From: Guillardia theta CCMP2712
Lineage: Eukaryota > Protista > Cryptophyta
DNA: 64,000 nt
Direction of reading: 5' to 3'
NCBI RefSeq assembly: GCF_000315625.1
Contig: NW_005434591.1
Coordinates: forward strand, 307,895-371,894
Position numbers and translations under genes: made by a program
Notes under the pieces: model-generated
Seen by the model: only the letters and a program-made list of their open reading frames with translations
What the model was told of the DNA's origin: nothing
Database searches by the model: none
Part shown: in pieces, positions 40,728 through 53,478 of the stretch
How the letters are laid out: each line of letters opens with the position of its first letter
Position numbering within the stretch: the stretch's first letter is position 1

Positions 40728-43236
40728 ATGGTCGGCTTGAAATCAATTGGGAGGTATGGAGTGTGCATGTTTGAATGATTACGATGATACCCATCACAGA
40801 TACATCATCCTCCCTTTCCTGGCGATCTCAGCATTTATCACGACTCAGAGCTCGTCGCTTTGATTCGTGTAACTTTATGCCGCTTCTTCTTCTCTCCTCT
40901 CACCTGGGGAGTCGCAGCACCCGACTGAGCGTGGCAGCCTTCACATTTTGGGGTCAAGTCACGGGAAGCATCAGATCCGAGCTGTTCTCATGCCCGTCGA
41001 CGACGAGACGAGGCAAGTGAACATCAGGCTGTCATCTCTGACGCCAGACAAGGTCATGGACTCGTACCATCACATATTACAGTGTCAACAACGACCACGG
41101 AGAGTGGTTGGAGGGGGTCGGGTCGCTCAGAGATGTGATGGTTGCTCTCTTTATCTTCCGTTGTGAAGGTTGTTCAACAGTGCCCGTTGCGACAAACCAG
41201 CTTGCTCAAGGTTCTTGATGATAAAATCGCGCAAGTTAGTTGGATTCTTGCTCCATCCGCCTCCTTCTGACGAGTATGATTGCAGCAAGAGCGAAGGCTT
41301 GATGAAATAAAAGCTAAGATCCTTCAAGTGTGTGGGTCAAGGTCTCCATGTAACGCACAGCTGATCATGATACTGACGGTCTATACCATCACAGACCATT
41401 TGGGCATGGCAAGACAGATTCAGAGTGCGAACATGATGCTCGCAACTGCTCTAGGACGTGTTGCAAGTAGACTGTCAGATTGCAAGGCAAACCATGACGA
41501 TAAGTTGTGACAGGGTTTCCGGTACCTGCAGCAAGCAGAGCAGCACAATCGAGGAGCAGGAGCTGGTTGTTGCTCTTCACTCCAGCAGCTCCTGACCCCT
41601 CTGAACTCTTTTGCCAGCTCAACAACTACAGGATCGTAGAATTGTTGCACAGGTAATCCGTTCACTCAAGTCTTGCTTGACTAGCTCAGAGGATTCCACT
41701 CGCGCGAGCACTCGCTGTGGACGGCAGAGGACATGAAGTCAGACGCGTCCGCGAGCATCATATGGCACGGGAAGTAAGCTAGCTCGACTGACCTCCATGT
41801 CTCTCATCTGGAACGACAGCCAGTTCATGGGGATGGAATCTGATTTTATTGAGCACTTCCTGGGAGGACTTTATAGGTCAGAGCGATTGTTGACCCCTGT
41901 CTTGGCGATGTCTGATCCAGAATTCTTCTGACAAACAAGATCTTCTATCAATGACACGAACTTCAATACCTTCGCTCCCAACGCAATCATCGTAGTGCAG
42001 GTGTTGGACCCTTGCTTGTTTCACCGGTTGTTCATGAGCAGCAGGAGACTTTTCCGGTTGTTGGCAAGCGAGAGTTTTGGGAGCCATTCGTAAGTTATCT
42101 GAAAGAGTTTAAAGTAGGCTCTTGAGATTATACGATGTGATAGTGATAAGCGAGCTCAGGCAATGGAGTTTTCTGTATCAGTGTTTCTTACAAGTGACGA
42201 GAAGTATCTGGCGCCCTTCGATTGGGTCGACGACGTTGACCTCTACCTCCGAAACTGCTGGCATCCAGGTACTCTTCCCATCCCCTACATCCGGCTGGAC
42301 TGATCACCAGCTGCTCCAGCGCTGGAGGAGATGAGAGAAAAAGTTGTCGCCCTTCCGTTCGGCTTCAAGTCAGGGTTCTACCTCCCGTAAGGCGTTGGAT
42401 GCCCCACGACAAAGCTTTTGACTCTTTTTTATCCTCTGAGCTAGCTCCGAGCTGAGAAGACTGGGATCGGTCTCGCCCTCGTCTTGCAGGGGAATCTTGG
42501 GTAGGAAGTTTGTTTGGAACTTCATTGGGAATGCGAACTGCTCGACGTCACGTGAGAAGCTGGTGGAGGAGGTGAAGGCTAAAGCAGCTGGAGTGTTTGC
42601 TCTGATTTCCCTGCCTGTACCTTCATCAGATCTTCAAGCATGGAAAACCCCGCGAGCTCCAGGGGTTTTTGCATCTCACCCACACCTTCGACGACCCTTT
42701 TCACGGCCTCGGAGTGCAGCAGTACCGGAGAGTCTTGGAGGATAGCGCCTTCACCTTCTGCCCCGAGGTCTCTCCTCCCCTTCCCGCCCCTTGGCTGACG
42801 GAGGAGGCAGGGAGTGCACGTGGAGAGCTACAGACTGACGGAGGCGATCGAGGTCAGCGAGATGTTGTGGGTGCTGGCGTGCTGTGATGGTGCGAGCAGA
42901 GCGGGTCAGTCCCGATAGTGACATGCAACTACTACTTCGACGTCTGCTCCTCCTCCTCTCCTCCCTTCTCTCATGCTGTCCTGCAGGGTCTCTTTGGAGA
43001 TGCGCACGTCTTGCCGTGCGTCAACGACTGGTGAGTCTAGTGGGTGTTGCAGCGAGGTGAAAAAATGTAGGTCATGGGAGGAGCTTCAGGCGGTGATGGA
43101 GTCAGTCAAGCAGGTTTTTGCTTCCCCTTCCTCCCCTGCCCGTGTGTGAAGAGCTTGGTAGAGACTAGCAGGCGACCCCTGCTACCTGCAGTCTTGGTGG
43201 CACTCATGGAAGTTGTCGAAGAAGCGATGTAAGTGA
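40728..43236 (+). CDS. Exostosin-like (GT47-type) glycosyltransferase, many introns
   Basis: N-terminal hydrophobic segment (YIILPFLAISAFIT). RKFVWNFIG and YRRVLEDSAFTFCPEG...ESYRLTEAIE...GSVPIV, which match the exostosin C-terminal signature. Confidence 0.7.
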
Positions 43237-43581
43237 TCCTTGCTTATCTTGTGTCTCATATCTTGTGTGTCATAGTTTCCTCTCCCCGTTCCTCTGTACT
43301 ATCCCTTTCACTTCGCATTGTGTCTTTCTCCTGTCCTCCTCTCCTTCGCCTTTATGCTCTTCTCTTCTTCCCTATCCTCTGCTTCGACTATTCATTGCTT
43401 TTCATCTCTCCTTGGTTCCTTTCCTTGCCTCCTCTCATGATTTCCCAATCTTCCCTCAAATCTTCGTTGATGTTTTCAGCAGTCCTGCAGGAGAAGCTAG
43501 CAAGGAGAGGAAGAGTTGACTGAGATTTAATGTACATGAGTTTTGTGAGACATGCAAGTCCTGATACGATCTTGACTTCCC

Positions 43582-46500
43582 TCACACTTGGCACAAGAGG
43601 TTCTTAGCAAGGATCTCGTTTCCCCCTGCGTCTGACATGATCGCGAAGTCACCGTATGACGTGGATCGGACTCGTCCGGGAATCGGGCTCCATGAGGAGG
43701 ACACGTTGAGTTTGACGTCTCTCAGCTCGCCGCTCAGCAGGTCAATCACCCGAAGGTCTCGCCCGAAGTTGTCCAGCACGAGGAGCCCAGCTCGACTTGA
43801 GTTGAGGCACCTGCTGCCGAGGGCCCTCCAGAAGCTGACGCCAGCAGGATGGTTGACAGGGGAGGACGTGTTGAGCGTGGAGACTTCCAAGGATGTCAAG
43901 TTGAGCTTCCTAACCCTGCTGGCCTGGAACTCGATGACGAAAGCTGCTCCCTCCTCCTCCCAGACCGTCAGATCCCATGGGTTGGTAAACTGCGCTATCA
44001 ACCCCACCCCATCCTGAAGCCCAGCGATGCCGGAGCCTGCGAGGGTGGTCACTGTGTTCTTCGACAGGTCAATCATGCGGACGGAGTGCCCGGAGAACTC
44101 AGCGACGAGCAGCTTGCTCCCCTGTGACGTCAGCGCGAGACTACAGGGGCCCGCAAAGGTGGCGGCAGCGGTGGAGCCATCCAGCTGACCGAAGGCCCCG
44201 GAGCCGGCGATCGTCGATACGGAGCAAGAAGACAAGTTGAGGCTCCTGATGCGGTTGTTCCAGAAGTCTGCGATCAAGACCAAGCTCTTGTCGATCCCCC
44301 AAACTACATCGATTGGCCCATCAAATTTTGCCATGGCGCAGGTTCCGTCCTCATACCCTGACCCGGATGTCCCGGCGACTGTTGTCACTTGCAGTAGGGG
44401 CACGAAGAGCAAGCGGATCAAGCTGTTCAAGTAGTCGGCGATGACGACATACTGGCTGTCAGCACTGACTGAAATTCCGACAGGATTGGAGAAGCTCGTG
44501 TCATTCCCGGCGCCGTCTTGAGAGCCTGTCCGATGGTTGCCCGCGAGAAGTGTCTGGAAGCCTTGACTGAAGCACGAGCTTCCTCCAGGAAGCGACCAAG
44601 TCCCTTGGTTACACTGCGAGCACAACGACTGTCCCAGGCTGTCGCTAAACGTGCCTGACGAACATGCTTGACACGCTGTTTGAGCGTAAGAGCCAGCAAA
44701 GAAGCCGGCTTGACACGCCGAGCATGCCTCAGGGCCCTGAGAGTCTCGGTAGCTGCCAGGGGAGCAAGGCATGCAGAATCCTGAGGCGTTGGACTGAGCG
44801 GAGAAGTTTGACTCATAACCTGAGATGCAAGTGCACGACGAGCGGCTCTCAGTTGATATCATCCCCGCCGGACAAGCTTGGCAAGCCGAGCTGCCTATGG
44901 CACCCTTGTAAGTGCCATCTGGACATTTGACGCAGACCAAGGAGTCAGCTGGGAGGATTTGACCCTCAAAGCCGATCGGGCAGGTGCACGAAGTTCTTGC
45001 CGCGTTCGCGATTTTGCCGGTCTCACACTCGGCACAGGACGCGTTTCCCCAGTCAGACTTGTACTGTGTGCCATTGCAGAGCGAGCAGTTGGGAAAGTCC
45101 TGAAACCCAGCGTCGCAAGCGCAGGCGTACAAGGACGTGCTTCCTGGCATCGAAGAAGCATTCATTGGGCACCTTTCACAGGCATGGTTTCCGATTCCAT
45201 CCTTATATGTCCCCGTAGGACACGGGAGGCAAAGCATAGCGTCGGGATCAAAAGAGAATCCGGGAGCACAAAGACATTCGCGATAGCCCGGGGAGCTGCT
45301 GGAGTTGGCAGGGCAGGCAAGGCAAGAAGACGCTCCCGTGCTGTTGATGTAGGAGGAGTTGGGACAAGTCATGCACGATGAGGCGCCTGCCGCGTCTTGG
45401 AACGAGCCCGCCTCACATGGCGTGCAGCTCAAGCTGCCTTCACTAGCTGAATAACTTCCTTCCCTGCAGATATCGCACGAGCTTGAATCGATGTGTCTAA
45501 AGCCTTGCTTACACTTGCAGTCAAGCTCACTAGTACTCGCCGCATTCGAAGTCATGTTCTCGGGGCAACTAAGACACAAGCCAGATCCATTCATCGGCTT
45601 GAACTTCCCGGACGGACAAGCATAACATACAAGCATGGGACCTGCCTGACCTGATCCCGAAGAATTGTTGCTCCATAACTCCTCTCCCGAGCTGTTTGAG
45701 CCGTTTGAGCTGTTTGAGCTGTTTGAGATGTTGTTGGTGCTGTTGTTGCCTACGACTTCTAGAGAGCTGTTTGAGCTGTTTGAGCTGTTTGAGATGTTGT
45801 TGGTGCTGTTGGTGCCTACGACTTCTAGAGAGCTGTTTGAGCTGTTGTTGGTGCTGTTATTCGAGCCAGCTTCGATGGCCATGGTACTGTTGCCTGTTAA
45901 GAGACTCGTGTTATTGAAGCAACAACAAGGCAGCAGGAACAACTACCTGGATTGGGGTTGTCGGTGTATCCCATGTCGCAGATGCAATCGGTGTAGTTGG
46001 TGCTCGCTTGGAGGGACGTGGAGCCGGAGGGGCAGAGCTCACATTCCTCGAGTCGACCTCTGGTCCAGCTGTACTTCCCCTTCTCACATGGCAAACAGCT
46101 CTCACTCCCATTGTTGGGCTTGTAGTATCCTGGTTGACACGCAACGCACCCTCCCGACGGCTCACTTTCATAACCTGCTATGCACACGCATGCGCTCAAG
46201 TCAGCGCTGCCAGGAAGGGAGGTTTGGTTTGCCCTCGGACACGCAAGACATTGCGAAGGGCTGGAAGCAGCAGTGCCAGGACCATACTGTCCAGCGGCAC
46301 AAAGTTGACAAGGCAGAGAGCCGTTAGACTCCTTGTATGTGCCAGCAGGGCATTGGACGCACGAGTCATTCAACCCGTAGAAGCCTGGCAAGCAGAAACA
46401 TTGCTGGATACCCGTGCTTCCTGCCTCAGAAAGACTGTTGTCCATACAGTCCGTGCACTTAACAGCTGCGACGCTATTTCCATACTTTCCAGGGGGGCAG

Positions 46501-49500
46501 AGTAGACACTCCCCTTCTCCTACACTCCCCTTGTAGCTGCCAGCACTGCAAGCTGAACAAGACATGCCATCAGGACTGTAGCCTGCCAGACAGACGCAGT
46601 ATCGACGATCGAGAGAGGAGGTCATGTTTTCTGAACAGTTGAGACAAGCGATGGCTCCTGAGACGTTGACGTAGGAGAAATTCGAGCACTGAAGACATGA
46701 AGAGGCTCCGTCAGCATCTTGAAACGAGCCAGGGTCACAGCTCTGACAAGTGAGACTACCAGCAAGGGAAGCGAAGGAGCCTCGAGGGCAGGGAAAGCAT
46801 TCCTCCTTGCCTGTGCTGTTCTTGAACTTCCCTGCCTCGCACAGGCTGCATGAGTTGTCGCTCGCGTTGATTTGATACCCAGCAACACACTGACATTGTT
46901 GAAGGTCACTGGCTCCAGCCGTTGACTCGGCATTGGCCGGGCATTGCGAACAGGTCGAGACTCCATGCTGAGAGTTTGTGTTGCTGAAATGATTCGGAGG
47001 GCAGAGAGCGCAGGCAGAAGCAGCGCTGAGATTGGAGAAGCTGCCGTTGGGACAGAAGCTGCATTGAAAGTTCCCTACGTCCGCCTTGTACTTGCCGGCT
47101 GTGCAGGCGATGCAGGAGCCTTGGATGGACTCGTGTCCAACGTCACAGAGGCAGAGGGTCGATTTCTCCGAGAGGGTCGTCGCATGTTCCGGGCATGCGA
47201 GACAAGAGGAGCTGTTTGAAGCGTCGCTATAGGTTGAGTTTGGACATGGAGTGCAGGGATCTGTGCCGACGCTGCTCTTGAAGGTCCCGGGCAAGCATGC
47301 AGTACAATTCGTTCCATTCAGCTCATATCCAGCTTGGCACGAGCAGTTGCCAGCAGAAGAGCTTCCAGCTTGCGACGACACATGTGCTCCGGTGCATTCA
47401 GAACAGAAGGATGCCCCGAGATCTTCGTTGTATGTCCCAGCAGGGCATGCCTGGCATGGAAAATTTCCAGCAGAGCTCTTGGAGAAGCCGGCAGAGCAAG
47501 GCGCACACTTTTGATCGTCACCTTTGGAGAAACCAGCTGCACAGGTACAGTTGTCTACAGACACACTAGCATTCAATGAGGTTGAGTTGGCCGGACATTC
47601 TACACATTCTTCATCACCTTGACTCTTGTAAGTACCAACTGGGCATGCAACGCAGTCGCTGGATGACGAGGATTCGGTAAGGGTGTGAAACTTTCCTGGA
47701 GGGCATCTGATACAAGTTGTGGATCCGAGAGCCTCGGAGAATTTCCCTTGGCCGCATGGCAGACAGATCGACGAGTTGGTGCTGTTTGAAGTGAAGGTGT
47801 AGAACCCGGCTTTGCAGTTACACTGACCTGACCCCGGAGAGGAGGACCGATCGCTAGCACAATCGTCGCAGACAGAAGCTCCAGCACTTGTACTGAACGT
47901 CCCAGCCACACAGGGAGTGCAGGAATACGCACCGGAGGCAGACAAGTTACTGTACTTGCCTGCTTCACATGCTGTGCACTCTTGCGATCCATTCACAGGT
48001 TTGAAGGTTCCTGGAGGACAAGCACTGCAGTTCTGAGAAGCAAGCCCTGTGTATCCGGCAGAGCACACGCAGCTTTCAATCGCCTTGCTGCCTGGGACAG
48101 AGAATGAGTTCAGCGGACAAGCGACGCAGCGGGAGGAGGATGAAGAGGCTGTCTGACTGTTGTAAGTTCCTGCAGGGCACTGACTGCAGACACCCATGTC
48201 GAGACCCTCTTTGAACGTGCCTGGCTGGCATGCCATGCAGAAACCTGAGACATTACTTGTAAATCCAGGGGCACACAAGCAGTCTGCTGCCATTCTTGAG
48301 CCCTCATCGCTTGTGTTTTGATTCGAACCACAAGCAAGACAGTCGGAGTCATCCGCTGACCATTTGTAGAATCCCTTGGGACAGAACATGCAAGTAGAGT
48401 TAGCGACGCCTTGCATTTCTCGTTGCCTTCCACTCCCGCAAGTCTCTAAGTGGGTCAGTGTCACAAGCGAGACATTTTCGCGGTCTAGTTCTGCTGAGAG
48501 ACTGGCGTCAACTCGACCCGCATACGTTGAAGAGAAGTATCTTGGAACGAGAACAGAGAACGAAACATTCCTTTGCGAGTCAGATGCCGGCGATGCCATC
48601 CAATTTGTGAACATGTTCGACGACAAATCCCCTAGGCTGAGCAAAATTCTCTGAAACAAGAATTCCAAACCCGCATAGTTGACATCTTGGCCCAACGTCA
48701 CCTTGTACTGAAGTTCCACGATGTCATTTGTACAGGCTGACCTTCCGCCTATCGCGTAAAAGTTCTCCTGGCAGGCTGTACAAAATGAAGAACCTTCAAG
48801 ACTGAACGAGCCAGGAGGGCATGTAGAGCAATTCTCCAACGAGCCTATGCTTTCCTTATACTTGCCCGCACCGCATGCTTGGCATCGCCCATCGTCCTGC
48901 CGCAGGAATCCTCTCTTGCAGTCACAGGCACTGGCCGTGAGGGAGCCGAAGGGGCTGGTTCCATTAAATTGATCGCATGACTCGCAGACTCCATTGCCGC
49001 CCCCGTAGAAACCAGAGAAACAAACACAAAAGAAGGAGCCTGAGACAACAACGTCAGCTCACTGCCGTCTCGCTCCTAGACTACCTAAGGTGTTGTAGCA
49101 GAACGCGTCCTCTCCACATGGAGACTTTTCACACTCGTCAATATCCGAGCACAAGAACGAATCGCTTGTGCAGTAGCTGATAAACAAACTGCGATCAATT
49201 TGGGCATAGATCAACCTTAAATCACCTTTCAAACAGGCCTACAACAGGGTGACTGGCCATGTTGAGATTGGTCTGGTTGCCAAGTATGAAAATGTTTTCC
49301 AACTCCGCATCCGTCAAGGACATATTGTAGATGTTCAAGTCCTGCATGGTATGGTGAGCCAAATCTCGTTAGATCCTCTCCTACCTTGATTTCTCCTACA
49401 AAGGATTGGGAGCCATCGAATGCATTTCCAACAATACTCCTTGTTCTGCGGACAGTCCTTGGCAATATCTGCTCAAGAAAGTCAAGGGAAAGAACGAATG

Positions 49501-52500
49501 AGTATGCGATACCGTGTGATTCTGAGTGCTTGGAAGCTGAGAACCGTTTACAAAGAAAACAACTTGTCCATTAGGGCGCAAAGTAACAACATTCCAACTC
49601 CATTCATTGAGGCGAGCTGGAAATTCAGCAACAGCAATAAGTCCAGAGCAGCCGGCTTGAGGAATGACCTATCGGAAACAGATCTCAGTTGCGTGTTTCG
49701 ATTAACATTCGACATGCGAACCTCGAAGGTCATTCGTCTCAGCGCGTCTAAAGATAGTCTGATAACATCACCCTGTTGCTGCGATTCCATCTCAAGAATG
49801 ACCTGCTCAGACTCTTACAACGCGGACTACTGAAAGCAAAATGACCTGGTTGAAGCTAGAACAGTTCTTGCACTGGGAATGAGAAATGTTGCATGCAAGC
49901 GCAGTTTGATTCCGTTTCCACATCTGTAAGCCATCAGCATCATCATGATCCGACATAAGCCATCGGTCAGGCAGTCAAGTTTCAGACTTACTGAGTTTGG
50001 ATCGCTGCCTGTGGAAGCAACCACAAACTCTCCAAGAGCCTCGAGGTCGCAGGCTGACAGGTTCTGCTCATTGACCGTGGGCAACGGGAAGGGAAGAGGC
50101 TGTAGAAGAAAATCAGTAAAAACCTTCTTTCTTGCACGTGATACCTTGATCCTTAACGATATCGTGAGATCGCCTCCAATGTCTTGTGATATGTTGAACC
50201 GATCACCACTGCTGTGAGTGTTCCCTTGGTAAGATGCATCCTGCAGTCCCATCAGATTGAAGTAAACAAGAAGTGATAATGATCACTTTAGAGCACTCAA
50301 ATCCTGTTTTGCAAGCACAGTCTGACGCTCTTGTTGATCCAGCATCACTAAACAAAATCAGAAGGGAATGATAAACTTTCGAGATCTGGTTGTGCCTGAA
50401 AGACTTTTCCGGACAAGACCGGCATTGACCATCGTGGCTGTAGAAATTCTGATTACATCTACATTCGTATGACCCTGTAAGATTTCATAAGAAACCTTGA
50501 ATTCAAAGTGAGTAAAATTATTGACCTGGCGTGTTTATGCACGTAGCATTCAAAGAACAAGCATTGCCGCCATCACATTCGTTAACATCTACGCATGTTG
50601 TTTTGTTGTCTATCGACATCTCTGCCATGTATCCTCCCGCACAAGAACAATTCATCCATGATAAACTTCCCTCTGGTGAAATCAGTCCGCCCGGACATGG
50701 CGTGCAGGTGGGTCGCGATTCAACTGATGCCCAGAAATGATTTGCTGGGCAAGGCAGGCACGAGTCAAATCCCTGCGACAGTCCGTCAGATCGCAAGCTC
50801 AGCATCGAGAAACATCGACGGTACCAGCGAGGAACTTTTTCTTACCCTCCCGTCATCGCACACGCAGTCAGATGGTGAGGAGCTTCCAGCTGCACTCGTC
50901 GACCCCACTGGGCAAGCGACGCAGTAACTCTGACCGGACGAGGAGAAGGTGCTTATGGGACATTGGGTGCAATTCAAAGCCCCGCTGCTATTCGTGTATT
51001 TCCCACCCTCACACAGTTGACAAACGTCAAGCGTTGCCGGGTGATAGTTGTCATCCCCAAAGGTTCCGGGAGGGCAGGGGAGACACGACAGAGTCTCTTT
51101 CACCCAAAAGTACCCTGCTTCACAACAAGCAAGAGCATCAGGCCCAAAGGCAGGCCCTCCTGGACAGAGCTCAGAAACGTTGGCGGAACATGCGGTAGCT
51201 CCAGGTGTCGACCATTTCCCAGCTTCGCAACCTGTGCAGACTGTCAGGTTGTCCGTTCTGAAAGTCCCAGCTGGACATTCGACACAAGCTTGCTCAGGAG
51301 AAGTAATGAGCCCCTGGTAACCGGCGTTGCAGGTGCAACGATCACTGCTATTCTGACTGGAAGATGCAAAAGGGCATTCCAAACAAGCCGAAGCCCCAAC
51401 AGCAGGCGCGAACTTCCCTTCCAAACACATGAAGCAAAGGCCGTTTCCAAATTGACCAGCAGGACAGCAAATCTTAGATGAGATTTCCTGTTCAGAACAA
51501 TTGTACAAGAATGAAGATTTGTTTCGAAATGGAATGCCTCTAACAAAGACCTCAAGTGCTTCTTGTCCAGGGATCTTCCAGGTTGGATCTATTTCAACTG
51601 TATGCATGGGTGTTTCAACAATCAAGTATGCTTCTTTGACGTCAAGAACCACTCCGTCGTATTGGCCAAACGAAATCTTGAACAAGCTCCGATCCATGGC
51701 CTGTGCGGGAATGCTGGAAATAGCAATTGATACAGCAGAACCTCCGGAGACAGGGCCAGAAGAAGGCAAGACACCCATAATTGACGGCCATTGAAAGGCT
51801 GACAAAATACCGGCAGGTACAAAGTGTGCTCTGTTTATCGAGACTTCAATCTCAAGCGCAATAAGCTGTTCAGGACGGATATCAATCATGGGAAGGACTA
51901 CGATTGCACTCTTTTCCGTTATGACAGTGCCAAACACATCAAAGTATGCTGAACGAATTTCGAGGCCCCCAAGATCTGCTCGAAAGTTTTCACCTGTGAG
52001 TGTGATGGTCCTCGCAGAATCTTGTGATAAATCCACCGCAAAGTACGGAGGAGATGACATGTTCACAACTGGATCCAGGAAATAATCAAAGATGTTTGCT
52101 TTCATCGGACTTTGTGCGAACAATACGTTGTGAATGATGACTCCAACTGTAATATTGTCAACTTGAATGAAATCATGAGACGGGACTGCACAAACAACTT
52201 CATCTCGTGACTTCACTCGAGCGCTCACATTAACTTGGTCCCCAAATACACAGAGAAGAGTCCGATTTGACAATTCCTGATAGTCGTACAAATTTAAATT
52301 TTCAATTTGAACTGACAAGTTGTATCCTCCAAAATAGTTGCCTCCACGAGGAAAAATGGAGATGATGTTGCAAGGGCAGCCCAGAAGAATCAGTTCTTTC
52401 TCTGAGCGTTCATAATTGGCGATCACATTCCGTGTCAAATTCGTCATTTTCACATATCTCTGAACAACACAGAAGTCGTTTACTATTCTTGTGACCGTCT

Positions 52501-53024
52501 GATTCATGTCTGTTGCAGAAATTGTTGAACTCTCCTTACTTGAAAGTATGTTGAGAACATATATGGAGTTTTCAGCAAAACAAGTAGACTGAAACTCATT
52601 GGAACAGACGAGCCCGAGCTGTTTTTCGTTCTCATCTGCATGCAACAATCTAGTTGCTCCCAGCAGCACGTGCGCTCGCTTGAGTTCCTATGCTATCAAG
52701 TCAACCACATCAAACGACCTTGTTTCGGATGACAGGGTTTACTCACCTGCAATCTGATGTAGAGATTCGCATACGTCGATTCGTAACTTTGAAGGTTACA
52801 GCTAGCATGGAGTATGTTTTCAATGATAGCAAACTCACTGCGCACACTTGATAGCTGGCTCAGCACTGAGTTGTTCAGCCACGCTTGCTGGCACGAGGCT
52901 TCTTGCGCCTTTTGAGGGAACGTGACTGATGGATAAAATTGACAAACATGCTCACCTCTGCTAGACTGTACAGAGCAAAGAAGAAAACTACTATGGCAAC
53001 ATGATATTGACGATCACTGAACAT
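43582..53024 (-). CDS. Giant secreted Cys-rich protein: IPT/TIG domains, EGF, many ephrin-receptor-like (GCC2/GCC3) repeats and C-terminal NHL beta-propeller
   Basis: Signal exon MFSDRQYHVAIVVFFFALYSLAE at 53024. PSSGPVSGGSAVSI (IPT), CVDVNECDGGNACSLNATCINTPG (EGF), repeated CxxCPxGTYK, and NHL repeats TLAGSG..G.QDG...A.F..P. ORFs 50786-52669, 45897-48839 and 43582-45942 are assumed to splice into one gene. Confidence 0.8.
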
Positions 53025-53478
53025 TTGGTATGTGTTGATAGAATAATGCGGCAGTCAAGAATCTACATAGGATATTCGATTCGAGACTTGAGAGTTCCAA
53101 TCTCTAGGTGGAAAGCGTCGTTACACAAGCGATGGTTTAACAGCTCATGGCTATCTGTCGAAACGATTAGATTAGCCTCAAAGTTTGGAGGATGGCTTTC
53201 GGTTCATATCTAAATAGTGATTTTGCTACATACTTCTTCTTCTTCTATCCATCATCTCTTCTACTCTCATCCCCACTGCCTATCCTTTCAGCTGCCCCTG
53301 CTCTGCCCCATCCCATCACTTGCCTGCCCCTCCCCGGAGATATAGGAGGTCTCGACCTTTCACGTCAAAACACGCAACCCCATATACCACCTACCCCCCA
53401 CCATTTTTAATTGTTTCTGGAACAAATAGTTACTCATTACGATTGGCTTATTTTATTTCGAGATCTTTGCAAATTGCC

